The position numbers and the translations under genes are program-made. Positions 1-12,837 of a stretch of 64,000 nt of DNA are shown here, piece by piece. Origin of the DNA: Eledone cirrhosa. Its lineage: Eukaryota. The notes under the pieces were generated by a model. That model ran no database searches. It was not told the origin of the DNA and saw nothing but the letters and a program-made list of their open reading frames with translations. The DNA lies in contig OZ024741.1 in the NCBI GenBank assembly GCA_964016885.1, positions 388,368,001-388,432,000 on the forward strand. The letters run 5' to 3'. Numbering within the stretch: position 1 is the first letter of the stretch; each line of letters begins with the position of its first letter.

Positions 1-59
1 CCCAACCATCGATTACCTGTACTAGACACAGAGCTCTGGTTAGATACCATTAATAACAA

Positions 60-446
60 AAAACAAATCCTCCATTCCCACTATGCCATCTGTAACAAAA
101 TACACCCCCGTCCCACCACCCCCACCCCATCCACACCGCCCCTTTCAATGTAAAGTTATGTTGGTGCCACAACATCCAGGCCGAAACAAATGAGATCGTG
201 TAGGTGTCACGACAAAAAAAATACACAGTCCACGCTGTAATGTGGCCGTGTAGGCAACACGGTAAAAACCTCCCAGTCCCACACTGTAAATGTGGTTGGG
301 AAGGGCATCCAGCTGTAGAAAACCCGCCAGACAGTCCTATGCGAGCAAGACAACCACTCTTGCCTCAAGTGTGAAAACTCCCGTCCAAACCCATGCAACC
401 GTGGAACATGGACGTTAAACGATGATGATGATGATGATGATGTTGA

Positions 447-450
<4 letters not shown>
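60..450 (+). mobile_element. RTE LINE 3' UTR fragment ending in (GAT)n tail
   Basis: Matches the 3' UTR downstream of the RTE ORFs at 25810 and 43399; ends ggacgttaaac(gat)n followed by (TA)n. Confidence 0.85.
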
Positions 451-498
<48 letters not shown>

Positions 499-501
499 AT
501 A

Positions 502-876
502 TATCATCATCATCATCGTTTAACGTCCATCTTCCACGCTTGCATGGGTTTGGACTGGAATTTTCCCACTTGAGGCAAGATTGGTTGTCTTGCTCGTGTA
601 GGACTGTCTGGCGGATTTTCTACGGCTGGATGCCCTTCATAACACCAACCACGTTTACAGTGTGGACTGGGAGGTTTTTACCATGTTACCTACACGGCCA
701 CATTACAGCGTGGACTGTGTGTTTTTTTGTCGTACACCTACACCTCATTTGCTTCGGACTGGATGTTGTGGTACCAACATAACTTTACATTGAAAGGGGT
801 GGTGTGGATGGGGATGGGGGTAGTGGGACGTGGGTGTATTTTTGTTAGAGGTGCCTACTGACTGTAGGTTTCGCTT
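502..876 (-). mobile_element. RTE LINE 3' UTR fragment
   Basis: (CAT)n-cgtttaacgtcc start is the reverse complement of the RTE tail; tail-to-tail with the previous copy across (TA)n. Confidence 0.85.
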
Positions 877-912
877 ATATATATATTCGCTTATATATAT
901 ATATATATATAT

Positions 913-1557
913 ATGATAATAAGGGCGCTGCGGAGTTGCAAATGGGTTACATATGAAAAAAGTTTGTCCTTCATCAGTGATCTTCCAACCATCATAGGCA
1001 TTTCATCGCTTTAAAGACCATATACCTCCGGTTGGTGCGAGCAACGGCTAAAAAAAGTCGTTGGGACACGTAAATAAAGGGGACGCGAGGGTAAACAAAC
1101 AAAATGGTGAAGCAACAGAAAGTGAGGAAGAAAGAGACAAGTCCCAGATTTCTATGAATTTAAATTCGGTGAAATCGTGAACGAGAGAATAAAGACCATC
1201 AAACCTGGTTGAAATGTGAGCAAGGAAGGAATTTCGCACAGGTCTAACGGGAGGAAGAAGGGGTCTGATCTGCGAATTCGGTAAACATAAGTTCTGTGAA
1301 ATCGTAGACGAGAGAGAGAAAAAATTCATACCAGCTTGGCCGAGCGTGCGAGAGAAAAGAATTACACACAGGTCAAACGGGAAGAAAGAGGTGGAGGAGA
1401 GGTAGTGACAGAGAATGAGTGAGTGAAGGGTGAGGAAGAGGCTAACAGAGAGAGAGACTGCTAGAAAGGGTAAAGATACATAGAACGAAAAAAGACGGGT
1501 AGCAGCAGAGGAAAAAATATATGTAAATATGATAATAAGGGCGCTGCGGAGTTGCAA
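913..1557 (-). mobile_element. Non-coding pLTR/retrozyme-like unit with 29-bp terminal direct repeat
   Basis: atgataataagggcgctgcggagttgcaa at 913 and 1529 (period 616). Minus strand has CTGATGAAGGAC (partial hammerhead) at about 966-977 and ends in (TA)n. Confidence 0.5.
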
Positions 1558-4253
1558 GCCCAAATCTTTGCCCAGTACACCGGCCCCACGCCCGAACTGT
1601 ACGGTCGTTACATCGACGACTGTATCGGAGCCACGACCCTCACCCGAGAACAGCTCGACTCCTTTCTCTCCTTCTTCTGCTCCTTCCACCCCTCCCTCCA
1701 CTTCACCACCTCTATCTCCACCACCCACGTCCACTTCTTAGACATCTCCGTCGCCTTCGACCCCTCCCACCTTCCCTCGTCACCTCCGCCTTCTTCAAAC
1801 CCACCGACTCCCACTCCTACCTCGACTTTACCTCTTACCACCCCACACACACTAAACACTCTATTCCCTACTCCCAACTCCTCAGGATCCGCCGCCTCTG
1901 TAGCCGAGATGCCGACTTTGAGTCCCAGGCCCTTTCCCTAGTCAGCCATTTCATCCGCAGAGGTTACCCCCCTCTCTCGTCCACACCGCTCTCACCCGCG
2001 CCCGTGCTGTCCACCGCTCCACCACCCTCACCCCACGCCACCGCACACCCACCCACCGTCTCCCCTTCCCCATCACCTACCACCCCTCCACCATACCCCT
2101 CCACCGTACCATCCTCCGCCTCTTCCGACGCCTCCAGTCCGACCCCTCCACCTCCCACATCTTCCCAGCCCCACCACTCCCCTCCTTCAAACGCGCACGC
2201 AATCTCCGCACCCTCCTCGTCCACAGCTCCCTACCCCCCAACCCACGCTCTCTTTCCTCCGCGGTTCCTTCCCTGTTCTAGGCTCCGCTGTAACACCTGT
2301 CCCCACATCACCAACACCACCACCTTCCAGGGTCCCAACGGCCACTCTCTCTCTGTCCGGCATGCCTTCCGCTGCACCTCCTCCAAACTAGTCTACGGAC
2401 TTCGCTGCACGGAGTGCAGCGCGACTTACGTCGGACAGACTGAACGTCGCCTGGCGGACAGATTTACTGAGCACCTCCAGGATATTCGTCTCAGTGGTAG
2501 TTCCCCCATCGCCCGCCACTTTGGTGCCCCTGGACATTCTGCACACCACCTCACAGTCTGTGGCCTACTCCAATGCCACGGAACACCCGCCAATCTCCTA
2601 AGAGTCGAACAACGAACCATCTTCACCCTACAGACCCACACTCCGCCGGCCTGAACTCCCCACCCTTATTCCGTTAGCCTTCGACCGCCCCCTTCCCCCC
2701 ACACATATCCCCCACTAACACCACTAACACACCCCTCCTTTTCACCGCCCACCCCACAACTAACAATACTAACACCTCCACCCCACATCCGACCACCCTT
2801 CCCCAACTAACATACTAACATCCCTCCCTTCTTCTCCTCCCCCTCCTTATCACACGCACACACCCACCGGTACATATATACACGCGCTCACACTAAACAC
2901 ACGCCCTACTACCACCACTAACCCTCACCCCCACACATCCACCCCACCACCCCGCAACTAACATCACTAACACCCCCTGACCCCAAGCACACGAACACAC
3001 ACACCCACTTACAACACCCACTCTACACGCAACTAACATCACTAACATCCCCCAACCCTACGCACACGAACACACACACCCTCTTACACCACCCACTCTA
3101 CACACCCTACTACCACTGACCCCCACTCACACCCGCATTCAACCCTTTCTCCACCTCCAGTATACTAACACCCACTAACACCCCCTTCACCACACACACA
3201 CACCAGTACACTACACTCCCTCCATCGCCCCCACTCCCTTCTCTCCCCTCTCCACCCACACCCTTTCTCAAACACTCACACATCCCACTAACACCTCTAC
3301 TAATACACCCCCCCTCACTCCAACTTTCACACCTACCCATCCTCTCCCCTGTCCACCGCACCTCCGCACACACTGACACACCTTCACTTACCATTCTACC
3401 CTACTGCTGCTATGCCTCTCTGACCACCTCCCCGCACACACAGATACACAACACTCCTCCTGCCTTGACCCTCTGACCACTTCCTGTTGCGCGCGCACAC
3501 CACATCTCCCCTCTTCCGACCAATCTCTTCACGGATTACACATATGTGAACCTTGATCCCGAGAATCTACCGCATCCCAGGATTTTACTCAGCATTCCAC
3601 CACATCTTTTTACGGAATTACTTTTACGACTCACCCCAGACACACACCCCAAAAAATGTTTTTTCCCACACGCCACCTACATCCACAACACGCATAAACA
3701 CCACACACACACGTGCGTACCACCACATATTTACACATTCAGCCTCCGGAATTCTCTCCCCCCACCCCTCTATCCACACACGCACACACACTCCGACCTA
3801 CACCCCACCCCACACACACCTCTTCCTGAACATGCAGCCCCGTTCTTCCCCCAACCCTTGCTTTCACATACACGCACACACACACGTACACCTACACACA
3901 CACACCACCTTCAGCCCTCCCCGCTCGGACACCCCGTCTCCCTCTCCCCACTCTACCCGCCACCACCCCTACACGCCCCACACCCGTCCACCACCTGTTT
4001 TACCCCATTTTAATTTTATTTTGATCATGCCTTCATTTTTAATTTCATTTGCACCGTTTCCTCTCACCCCCTTTTGCTATATGTCTCTCCACCACTCCCC
4101 TACACACCCTTTGAACTCTCTTCCCACACACTTTTCACCTGAAGAAGGGCTTATGCCCGAAACGTCGTTCCCCACCACCACCCCACTCTCAAGAGCGTGA
4201 AATTAATAAACCTTTGTTCGTACTGCCTCTCTGTTTTGTTCTCGTTCAATTTT

Positions 4254-4258
<5 letters not shown>
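1558..4258 (+). mobile_element. Penelope-like retroelement (Neptune-like), 5' truncated, frameshifted
   Basis: RT motif GRYIDD and FLDISV (ORF 1552-1941); Cys linker CSRLRCNTC; GIY-YIG LVYGLRCTECSATYVGQT-RRLADRFTEH (ORF 2004-2654); terminal AGLN in shifted frame; long C/A-rich 3' UTR with hammerhead, AATAAA, then (TA)n. Confidence 0.9.
4136..4168 (+). ncRNA. Minimal type I hammerhead ribozyme motif in PLE 3' repeat
   Basis: CTGAAGA-A-GGGC-ttat-GCCC-GAAA-CGTC: core, 4-bp stem II, palindromic stem III; stem I only 2 bp. Confidence 0.75.
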
Positions 4259-4306
<48 letters not shown>

Positions 4307-4308
<2 letters not shown>

Positions 4309-4445
4309 ATTGTTTCTACTTTAGGCACAAGGCCAGCAATTACTCAGTGCATTACTGGTACTTTATTTTATCGACCCCATAAGGATGAAAGGCAAAGTTA
4401 ACCTCGGCGGGATTTGAACTCAGAATGGCAAGGGCCGTAACTCTA
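4307..4445 (-). mobile_element. tRNA-derived SINE with Nin/Deu-like central domain
   Basis: Minus strand B-box GAGTTCAAATCCC, then gcctttcatccttatggggtcgataaaataaagtaccag; repeated at 9092, 30960 and 37083. Confidence 0.75.
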
Positions 4446-4518
4446 TGCGTCAAAGCATATATATAAAATAATAAGTGTAAGTCAAACATGTTAAAGTTGG
4501 CTACGTTTATTCCAATTC

Positions 4519-4572
4519 GCTGCTATATATATTTCAATGACAGCCATTATTGGCTGTGACCTCATCAGCCAG
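4519..4572 (-). ncRNA. Hammerhead-like motif (PLE pLTR remnant)
   Basis: Minus: CTGATGA-GGTCACAGCCA-ataa-TGGCTGTCATT-GAAA-TATATA-TA; stem I imperfect. Confidence 0.55.
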
Positions 4573-4719
4573 TAAGAATTTAGGCAGAAAAATCAAGAAA
4601 ACATGATGTTGTAATGGGTTCTACCCTGTTACTTCATCGATATATCCAGCTCCTGGGTGTGTTGTTAGTCCTCAGAGGAACTGGAATCATATGGAAATAT
4701 ATATATATATATATATATA

Positions 4720-5360
4720 ATCCGTAGAAAAGATAGCCCTGACAATAAACACATTAAAAGTTACATAATATGAAAGAGTACTGGTGGAATGTTCCAGTAA
4801 AAACCCCAATAAAATGCAGGCATAACAGACCAAACATAATGATATGGGACAGGGAAAAGAAGGCATGCACAGTAGTGAAAGTTAGCTGCCCAGCAGATGC
4901 CAATATAATATTAAAAATTAGCCAAAAGGAGAATATTTATGCAGAACTAATGAGAAATCTGCAGATACTCCATCCTGACTATACCTTCATATTTATGCCT
5001 GTGATTATTGGAGCACTGGGGTATGTTAGTAACTGCCTCAATACAAATCTTGAGAAGCTAAACAGAAAGAACATGACTAGTTAGGAAATTACAAGTACAA
5101 TCCATTAATGGAACAGTAAAAATATGTAAAACATTCCAAAAATTCTGCATCTAATAACTGCATATACACATGTACAGATACAAAACATATACACATGCAT
5201 ATATATAACTCAAAACATACACATCCACACATACAATAACATTCATACTTGAACACACATGCATGCATGCAGACATGCATACCTATCTTCCTAGTTGATG
5301 TTAGAAACCGACTCTCTCACTATTGGTAAAAATTTGTGAAATCATGAAACCAGAAGAACA
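4720..5360 (+). mobile_element. R4/Dong-like non-LTR retrotransposon 3' end (restriction-like endonuclease)
   Basis: ORF 4770-5084 YWWNVPV..HNRPNIMIWD..VSCP..PVIIGALG; homologous to 45902-46411. Confidence 0.8.
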
Positions 5361-5789
5361 TACATATCTACATACATACAAACATAAAAACATGCATACA
5401 TACATACACACATGCACACACTCATATAGACACACACATACAGACACACACACACACATACACACATACACACATAATACATACACACATACATACACAC
5501 ATGCATACATTCATACAGACATAAATACAGACATACATAGAAAAAGGCAATCATAATTTCTGCCACTCTTCTCTATATGAGGCACATCACTGTCTCAGTT
5601 TGGAATTGTTCACTTCAGCAACAGATTTCATCTGCACCTGATTTTCCTGGAGAAAGGAAGCTATTTTTGTTATGTGTTTCCATCTTTGAAGATCTCCTTG
5701 TCTTTGTGAAATGTCTGCTTGGAAACAAATCAATTCCTTTTCATTATTAATTTAGCAAAGAAATAATAGTGCAAAGTACAGGCTGGTTC

Positions 5790-6600
5790 TAATGTGTGTT
5801 AATGTGTCTCTTAGTGTGTATGTGTTAATATGTTGATGTGTCTCTCTATGTTCTAATGTGTCTCTTAGTGTGTATGTGTTAATGTGTTGATGTGTTGATA
5901 CATTAATGTGTATGTGTTAATGTGTCTGTGTGTGTGTTGATGTGTTGATATGTTAATGTGTGCGTGTGTTGATGTGTTAATGTGTTAATGTGTGTATGTA
6001 TTGATGTGTTAATGTGTCTGTGTGTGTGTGTGTTGATGTGTTAATATGTCAGTGTGTGTTGATATGTTAATGTGTGTGTGTGTTGATGTGTTAATGTGTT
6101 AATGTGTTAATGTGTCTATGTATTGATGTGTTAATGTGTCTGCGTGTGTGTTGATGTGTTAATGTGTATGTGTGTGTGTGTGTATGTGTTGATGTGTTAA
6201 TGTGTCTGTGTGTGTTGATGTGTTAATATGTCAGTGTGTGTTGATGTGTTAATGTGTGTGTGTGTGTGTTGATGTGTTAATGTGTCTATGTATTGATGTG
6301 TTAATGTGTCTGTGTGTGTGTTGATGTGTTGATATGTTAATGTGTATGTGTGTGTGTGTTGAAGTGTTAATATGCCAGTGTGTGTTGATGTGTTAATGTG
6401 TCTGTGTGTGTTGAAGTGTTAATATGTCAGTGTGTGTTGATGTGTTAATGTGTCTGTGTGTGTTGATGTGTTAATATGTCAGTGTGTGTTGATGTGTTAA
6501 TGTGTCTGTGTGTGTTGATGTGTTAATGTGCCTGTGTGTGTTGATGTGTTAATATGTCAGTGTGTGTTGAAGTGTTAATGTTTCTGTGTGTGTGTTTGTG
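5790..6600. repeat. Degenerate GT-rich minisatellite (gttgatgtgttaatgtgtctgtg units)
   Basis: Dozens of approximately 20-25 bp units directly visible. Confidence 0.9.
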
Positions 6601-6919
6601 TGTGTATGTTGATGTGTCTGTGTGTGTGTCTGTCCATGTGTCTATGTGTGTAAGGTGTGTGTGTGTGTGTGTCTGTCCATGTGTCTATGTGTGTAAGGTG
6701 TGTGTGTCTCCATGTGTCTATGTGTGTATTAAGGTGTGTGTGCGTCTGTCCATGTGTCTATGTGTGTAAAGTGTGTGTGTGTGTCCATGTGTCTATGTGT
6801 GTAAGGTGTGTGTGTGTGTGTCCATGTGTCTATGTGTGTATTAAGGTGTGTGTGTGTGTGTCCATGTGTCTATGTGTGTAAGGTGTGTGTGTGTGTGTGT
6901 CCATGTGTCTATGTGTGTA

Positions 6920-6953
<34 letters not shown>

Positions 6954-7883
6954 ATGTGTCTATGTGTGTAAGGTGTGTGTGTATGTGTGTGTGTGTGTCC
7001 ATGTGTCTATGTGTGTATAATAATAATAATGAAATTATTGTGTACAGTGCTCAGGTGCACTACAACTCATCAAAGGTGCATGTATAGTACATAGAATAAT
7101 GTACAAATGTCAGGAAAATAAACAGTGTATGAGTCATGATATAATAACAATAACAATAATGAAATATTGTGCACAGTGCCCAGGTGCACCACAACCCATC
7201 AAAAAAGTGCATGTACAGTACATAGGGCAATGCACAAACATCAGTAAAATGAACAGTGCACACATGTGTGCATGTGTATGGAAGGGGCACATCAGGTGTA
7301 GTTTTGGCGTATTTCGGGAAGCATGAGTGTCTTAAAGGATGCAGTGTCTCGGCAGCTAACAATTGACGCAGGCAGTTTGTTCCATGTTTCAGCAACTCTG
7401 AGCGTGAAAAAATGTCTGCGAAAGTCATGGGAGCTGTGCTGTTTTCTTATCTTGTAGGCATGTCCACGTGTGTTAGATACATGGAGATCAAAGAGGCGCT
7501 CAGGGTTGCAGTTGGCGAGATGGTTAAAAACTTTGTGGGTATTCACCAAGTCCACTGCCAGACGTCGGAGCTTCAATGAATCCATGCCCAGGGAAGCAAG
7601 GCGTTCAGAGTATGGTAGGTGTCTGATGGAGGGTATGCGCTTGGTTGCACGTCTCTGAACAGTTTCCAGGAGGTCAATGTTCCGAGCAAGATAGGGGTTC
7701 CAGACTGATGATGCGAATTCCAAGTGTGGTCGCACCATAGCTGTATACAGTTTTAAATAGATGGCTGGAGAGGTATTAAGGTGTGTGTGTGTGTGTGTCC
7801 ATGTGTCTATGTGTGTAAGGTGTGTGTATGTGTGTGTGTGTCCATGTGTCTATGTGTGTATTAAGGTGTGTGTGTGTGTGTGT
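6600..7883. repeat. Minisatellite gtccatgtgtctatgtgtgta(tta)aggtgtgtg, interrupted by a CR1 insertion
   Basis: Units at 6630-7017 resume at 7775-7883. Confidence 0.9.
7018..7775 (-). mobile_element. CR1-like LINE 3' fragment
   Basis: ORF 7292-7738 VRPHLEFASSVWNP..LETVQRRATK..RGHAYKI..FFTLRVAETWNKLP; (ATT)n tail; homologous to 55083-55765. Confidence 0.85.
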
Positions 7884-8640
7884 AGTAAGAAAGGCCAACG
7901 TTTCATAGAACTCAACAATTTCTTTATATAAGCAAAAGAATGGTAAACATTCCACTTTGTTGTCTCTGTTAAGATATTTCTTGTAAAATAAAGCAAAACA
8001 AACTGTCTTGCTCACCCCACACATACACACACGTACTGGCACACACACACACACACGTACTGGCACACACACACACACACACGTACTGACACACACACAC
8101 ATACACACACACACACACACTCTTCCATGTGCATTTATACACACACACACATACATACATACACACACTAACACACACACACAAACACACACTAACACAG
8201 ACGAACACACACACACTCACCATGTTAATGAATAAGGTGAACCAAATTCAAAAGGATATTTAAATTTAAAAATCTTACAAATAATATTTCAAATGTCCTT
8301 TTGTATTTGAGATGTCTTTCACACACACATATGTACACACACACATACGTATACATACACGCACACATACATACACATGCACATGCACAAACACACACAC
8401 ATGCACAAACACACACACATGCATAAACACACACACATGCGCACACACATATGCATACACACACACACATACACCCACACACACACACACACATGCATAC
8501 ACATGCATACACACACACATATACATACACATGGGCACACACACTTAAAAACAAAGATGATGATATATCGAAACATCTTGATAATATGGTAGATTTAATA
8601 GCTTTACAGTTTCCCTTGCTTCCCAGTTTTTCTTTTCCTT

Positions 8641-8869
8641 TTAACCCTTTAGCATTTAAACTGGCTGCATCTGGCCAGAATTCTCTCAACTCTTTTTGTT
8701 TAAACCAGCTGTAACTAGCCACTTATACTGATCTTAAAGTATTGTTCTCAAAATAAATAACATAAAAATCTCATAGATTTGATATTATGTGTTATAATTA
8801 TGTAAGATAAAGCCTTTATCACAAAAATACAATAGTATATATAGAGTAATTTAAATGCTAAAGCGTTAA
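8641..8869. mobile_element. piggyBac-like MITE
   Basis: TTAA-CCCTTTAGCATTTAA ... TTAAATGCTAAAGCG-TTAA: TIRs and TTAA target duplication; second copy at about 32480-32698. Confidence 0.75.
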
Positions 8870-9091
8870 ATGCTTATTTTGTCTCCCATTGGCCTTCCCT
8901 ATTTAAATTTTTTATTTTATTTTATTATATCATTTTTTTAAAACTTTATTTTTATTTTTATATTCACTTATCTCTGTATATCTTGTTTTTAGTTTCTCAA
9001 CTGTAAGAAGTACTAAATACATCCCCTAGTCTGACATGGCTTATTAGCTCTATACGGACGTTTAAATTGATTAAATAAATCAATAAACAAA

Positions 9092-9265
9092 TAATTGTTT
9101 CTGATTTAGGCACAAGACCAATAATTTTGGGGTGAGGTGTAAGTCGATTAAATCGACCCCAGTGCAGCATTACTGGTACTTTATTTTATCAACCCCACAA
9201 GGGTGAAAAGCAAAGCTAATCTCGGCAGGATTTGAACTTTGAATGCAAAGGGCCGTAACTCTAAC
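9092..9265 (-). mobile_element. Nin/Deu-like SINE copy
   Basis: Similarity to 4307-4445. Confidence 0.7.
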
Positions 9266-10059
9266 CCGTTAACAAATAATAAAAACTATATGGAAAGATA
9301 CTTGTATATGCAGACACCATCTTCACTATCGTTGTTATTTTCATCATTTATAGTGATGTTGCTCTTACTATCATTTTTACCAATATTTTTCCATGCAGCC
9401 ATGGGTTGGATAAGTCTACAAAAGAATTTTTACTTTTTTTATTATTTTGTTTTGAGTAAATGTGGGATCTATGAGCTGTAGCCATGACAACCATTCTTAG
9501 AAAGCAGACCATGTCTGAAAACAGCATATTTCTTCCAGGGAAGGATTGAGAGGGAAAGAGAGAAAGTGAGAAAGAGATATAGAGGAAGAATCGACCCAGT
9601 ATTAGACTGGTACATTTTTATTGACCTTGAAAGGATTAAAGACAAAGTTGCGGTGGGATTTGAACTCAGAGAGAAGAGAGTCAGAAGAGATACCACAAAG
9701 CATTCTATTCGATGTCCTAACAACTCTAGCCACTTTGAATAAGAACTGATATAGTGTAGAGGGGAGAATGAAACACTAACAGATAATCTCTCTAGTGCTA
9801 GTGGCATGATAAAATACACCCAGTCGACCCAGTAAAGTGGTTAGTGATAGGGAGGGTATGTATTCAGAAAAAAAAAAGGAGCTGATCATTGAAACAGAAC
9901 AAGGAAACAATCTTTCCATTGGTCTTTTCAATACTTGTTGCTACTTCTGGGAGATAGAGTAACCTGAAATAAACTGTTTTCAAATCTAAATCCTGACCTT
10001 CAATGCATACATACATATATATACATACATACGTACACACATACATTCATACATACATA

Positions 10060-10380
10060 CTAGTTAGGAAATTACAAGTACAATCCATTAACGGAACAGT
10101 AAAAATATGTAAAACATTCCAAAGATTCTGCATCTAATAACAGCATATACACATCTACAGGTACAAAGCATATGCACATGCACACATATAACTCAAAACA
10201 TCCACATCCACACATACAATAACATCCATACCTGCATTTACATGCATGCAGGCAGACATGGATACATATCTTCCTAGTTGATGTGTAAATTTCAATGAGA
10301 GAGTCTTGTGTCTATTTTAGAAACTAGCTCTCTCTCTACTGGTAAACATTTATAAAATTATAAAAGCAGAAGAACACACA
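10060..10380 (+). mobile_element. R4/Dong-like 3' tail fragment
   Basis: Near copy of 5078-5360. Confidence 0.75.
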
Positions 10381-10498
10381 TACCTACCTATGTATATATA
10401 TATATATATATTGTAATAATAATAAATTTGAAGACTAAAATCCAAAGAGGGCTCGATAAGGATAAATATATATCAAATATATAAGAACCGTAGAGCAA

Positions 10499-10636
10499 AT
10501 ATTTATTAAAATAACAGATTAAAGTTTAAGCAAAGAATCGCTGCTTTCACCCTTAATGGGATATTCTGAAAGATCCCGTTAAGGGTGAAAGCAGCGATTC
10601 TTTGCTTAAACTTTAATCTGTTATTTTAATAAATAT
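10499..10636. repeat. Fold-back element, about 64-bp arms, hammerhead-like motif at apex
   Basis: Arms 10499-10562 and 10573-10636 differ at one base; CTGAAAGA-tccc..gggt-GAAA spans the loop and right arm. Confidence 0.85.
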
Positions 10637-10649
10637 ATATATATATATT

Positions 10650-10915
10650 CTAAGGCGGGTAAAAATCAGTATACACTGAGGATGAAAAACTCAGAGCTGT
10701 ATGGGAGCATCCCAAAAGTCAGCTCAAAAGTGACACAGAGGAGACTGAGGTTAGCTGGACATGCTCACCGACATCTAGAGTTGACATTGCACTCAGTGCT
10801 CCTTTGGGAGCCCCTACATGGACACACTAGAAGAGGAAGACCAAGGTTAACGTATGTTGATGCCCTAAGGACAGACACTGGTCTGTTGGAGACGCAGGAC
10901 ATGGCAGCGATAATA
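10650..10915 (+). mobile_element. RTE-type LINE C-terminal fragment
   Basis: QRRLRLAGHAHR..RGRPRLTYVD. Confidence 0.6.
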
Positions 10916-10918
10916 GAT

Positions 10919-10955
<37 letters not shown>

Positions 10956-10958
10956 AAT

Positions 10959-11281
10959 ATCATCATCATCATCATCATCATCATTTTACGTCCACTTTTC
11001 CCTGCTTGCAAGGGTGGGACGGGAACTGATTCTGGCTTGATTTCTACAGCTGGATGCCCTTCCTAACACCAACCTCATTTACAGTGAGTGCTGGGTGCTT
11101 TTTTGCCGTGGCGCCTACACGTCCACTTTACAGTGAAATGATAGGGACCTCAGTCCCTATCATCTCATTTCTACAGCTGAGTAAACTGGAGCAATGTGAA
11201 ATAAAGTGTCTTGCTCAAGGAAACAACACATCACCCGGTCTGAGAATTGAACTCACAACCTTTCGATTGCAAGGCCAATGC
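10959..11281 (-). mobile_element. tRNA-derived SINE with RTE-derived 3' tail (5' truncated)
   Basis: Copy of 57370-57716; B-box GAGTTCAATTC on the minus strand; (GAT)n tail. Confidence 0.8.
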
Positions 11282-11311
11282 TATATATATATATACGCCA
11301 TATATATATAT

Positions 11312-12703
11312 ACGCCAGTATAAAGTTCAGCATGGAACACCCCGATGACCGCGGATCCCTATCCCTACTGGACTTCCAACTCAGGGTAACAGAGGAAGGC
11401 AACATCCACACCTGCTTCTATAAAAAATCCGCCAGCAGGGACCTGTTCGTACATTTCAGATCGGCCCTCCCACTCAGTGCCAAGTTCGGATACATAAAGA
11501 ACGAACTGGCACGTATCAAGAACAAATGCACCGACGCCAGAGACCGAGACACACACACCACACATTTCCTGGAAGTACTCAAACTGAACGGATACACGAC
11601 ATCCACCACAAACCGTGCCAGAAAGAACAGAGGACACCACACCCGAGGCACTAACACTTGCTTCCTGAAGCTCCCACACTTCAGTGAAGAAACAACAACA
11701 GCCATCCGCAGAGCCATCAGACGAGAGGGACTGGATATCCAACTGGCCCACTCGGGTCCTTCTCTGCGCGGACGGCTGGCCAAGAGACACTCCACCAAAC
11801 ATGACAACTGCTGCAGACTAGCCAACTGCCCCATCAACGACACAGACCTATGCCACCAGGCTTACGTAGTATTCAGACTAGAGTGTGACAAATGCAACAA
11901 CTTCTACGTAGGTAGCACCACCAGACCACTCCACATAAGAATAAAAGAACACCTCAATACTAACGCTTCCTCATTTAAGAAACACCTAGTTAAATGCAAA
12001 AACACCGATAAAAACATAACAGTTAGGATAGAAACTAAGGAAAGAAACCTCGGCAATCTTAGAATTAAGGAAGCACTTATTATAGATAGAACACATCCAC
12101 CAATCAATAATAGACTAGAGCTCAACACCCAATTTATAACCTGATAGGGCCTCTAGCCCCATTTTTACACACCCCACACACACGCACGCGCACACACACA
12201 CGCTTACACCTCCACTTATTCTCTCTCACACATACACACACAAAACCAGTTCTAACACTAGATAACACCTACCCCCCACTTTTACGATTAGACCTATCTT
12301 CCCACACTCACACACACACACCCACATACCTACACCTTCATCCATTCTCCCACACACATATACAGGCACGTATATAAATTAAAAAAAAAAACCAAAAAAA
12401 AAACCCCTAAACAAACCCCTCTTAAAGGGAGACTACTCTTTATCCACCTAATTTTAATTCTTTGATATTAGAGTTAGAACAGATACTCTATACTATTTCC
12501 GGTCAGCATGGCTTGGCTAGAGATTTAAAGACGCTGGTTTGAGACCTTTACTTCCCTCCAAAGAAGAGATATTATCTCGAAAATTAAGGACATTTAAATA
12601 AATTCAAGGTGAAAGACGAATTCTCATCAATATCTTTCACTATTGCATTCTTTTTTCTATGTCCATACCTGCATTGTATTGGCCTTATTACACATATTCT
12701 AAC

Positions 12704-12708
<5 letters not shown>
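11312..12708 (+). mobile_element. Penelope-like retroelement, 5' truncated (RT C-terminus, thumb, GIY-YIG)
   Basis: ORF 11278-12144: LSLLDFQL, YKKSAS..HFRSALP, VVFRLECDKCNNFYVGSTTRPLHIRIKEH, LRIKEALII..PPIN; both ends in (TA)n. Confidence 0.9.
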
Positions 12709-12774
<66 letters not shown>

Positions 12775-12778
12775 TATA

Positions 12779-12834
<56 letters not shown>

Positions 12835-12837
12835 TAT

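Noticed and set aside
207-782. Repeated small ORF MHGFGREFSHLRQ found at many loci
   Set aside because: Antisense reading of the RTE 3' UTR with variable frames and stops.
1558-2654. Permuted-domain (N-terminal endonuclease) or selenoprotein PLE
   Set aside because: GIY-YIG is C-terminal in both PLEs; the TGA at 2652 is explained by a 1-bp frameshift before AGLN.
5089-8722. Numerous C/V/Y/H/T-rich ORFs (also 44057-45277, 48350-49549, 50144-52873)
   Set aside because: Translations of (CA)n, (TA)n and (ATGT)n microsatellites, not genes.
12553-12590. Hammerhead-like cct-CCAAAGA-a-gagat-att-atctc-GAAA-at-TA-agg in the PLE 3' end
   Set aside because: Position and stems fit, but U4 and G5 are both changed; at best a decayed ribozyme.
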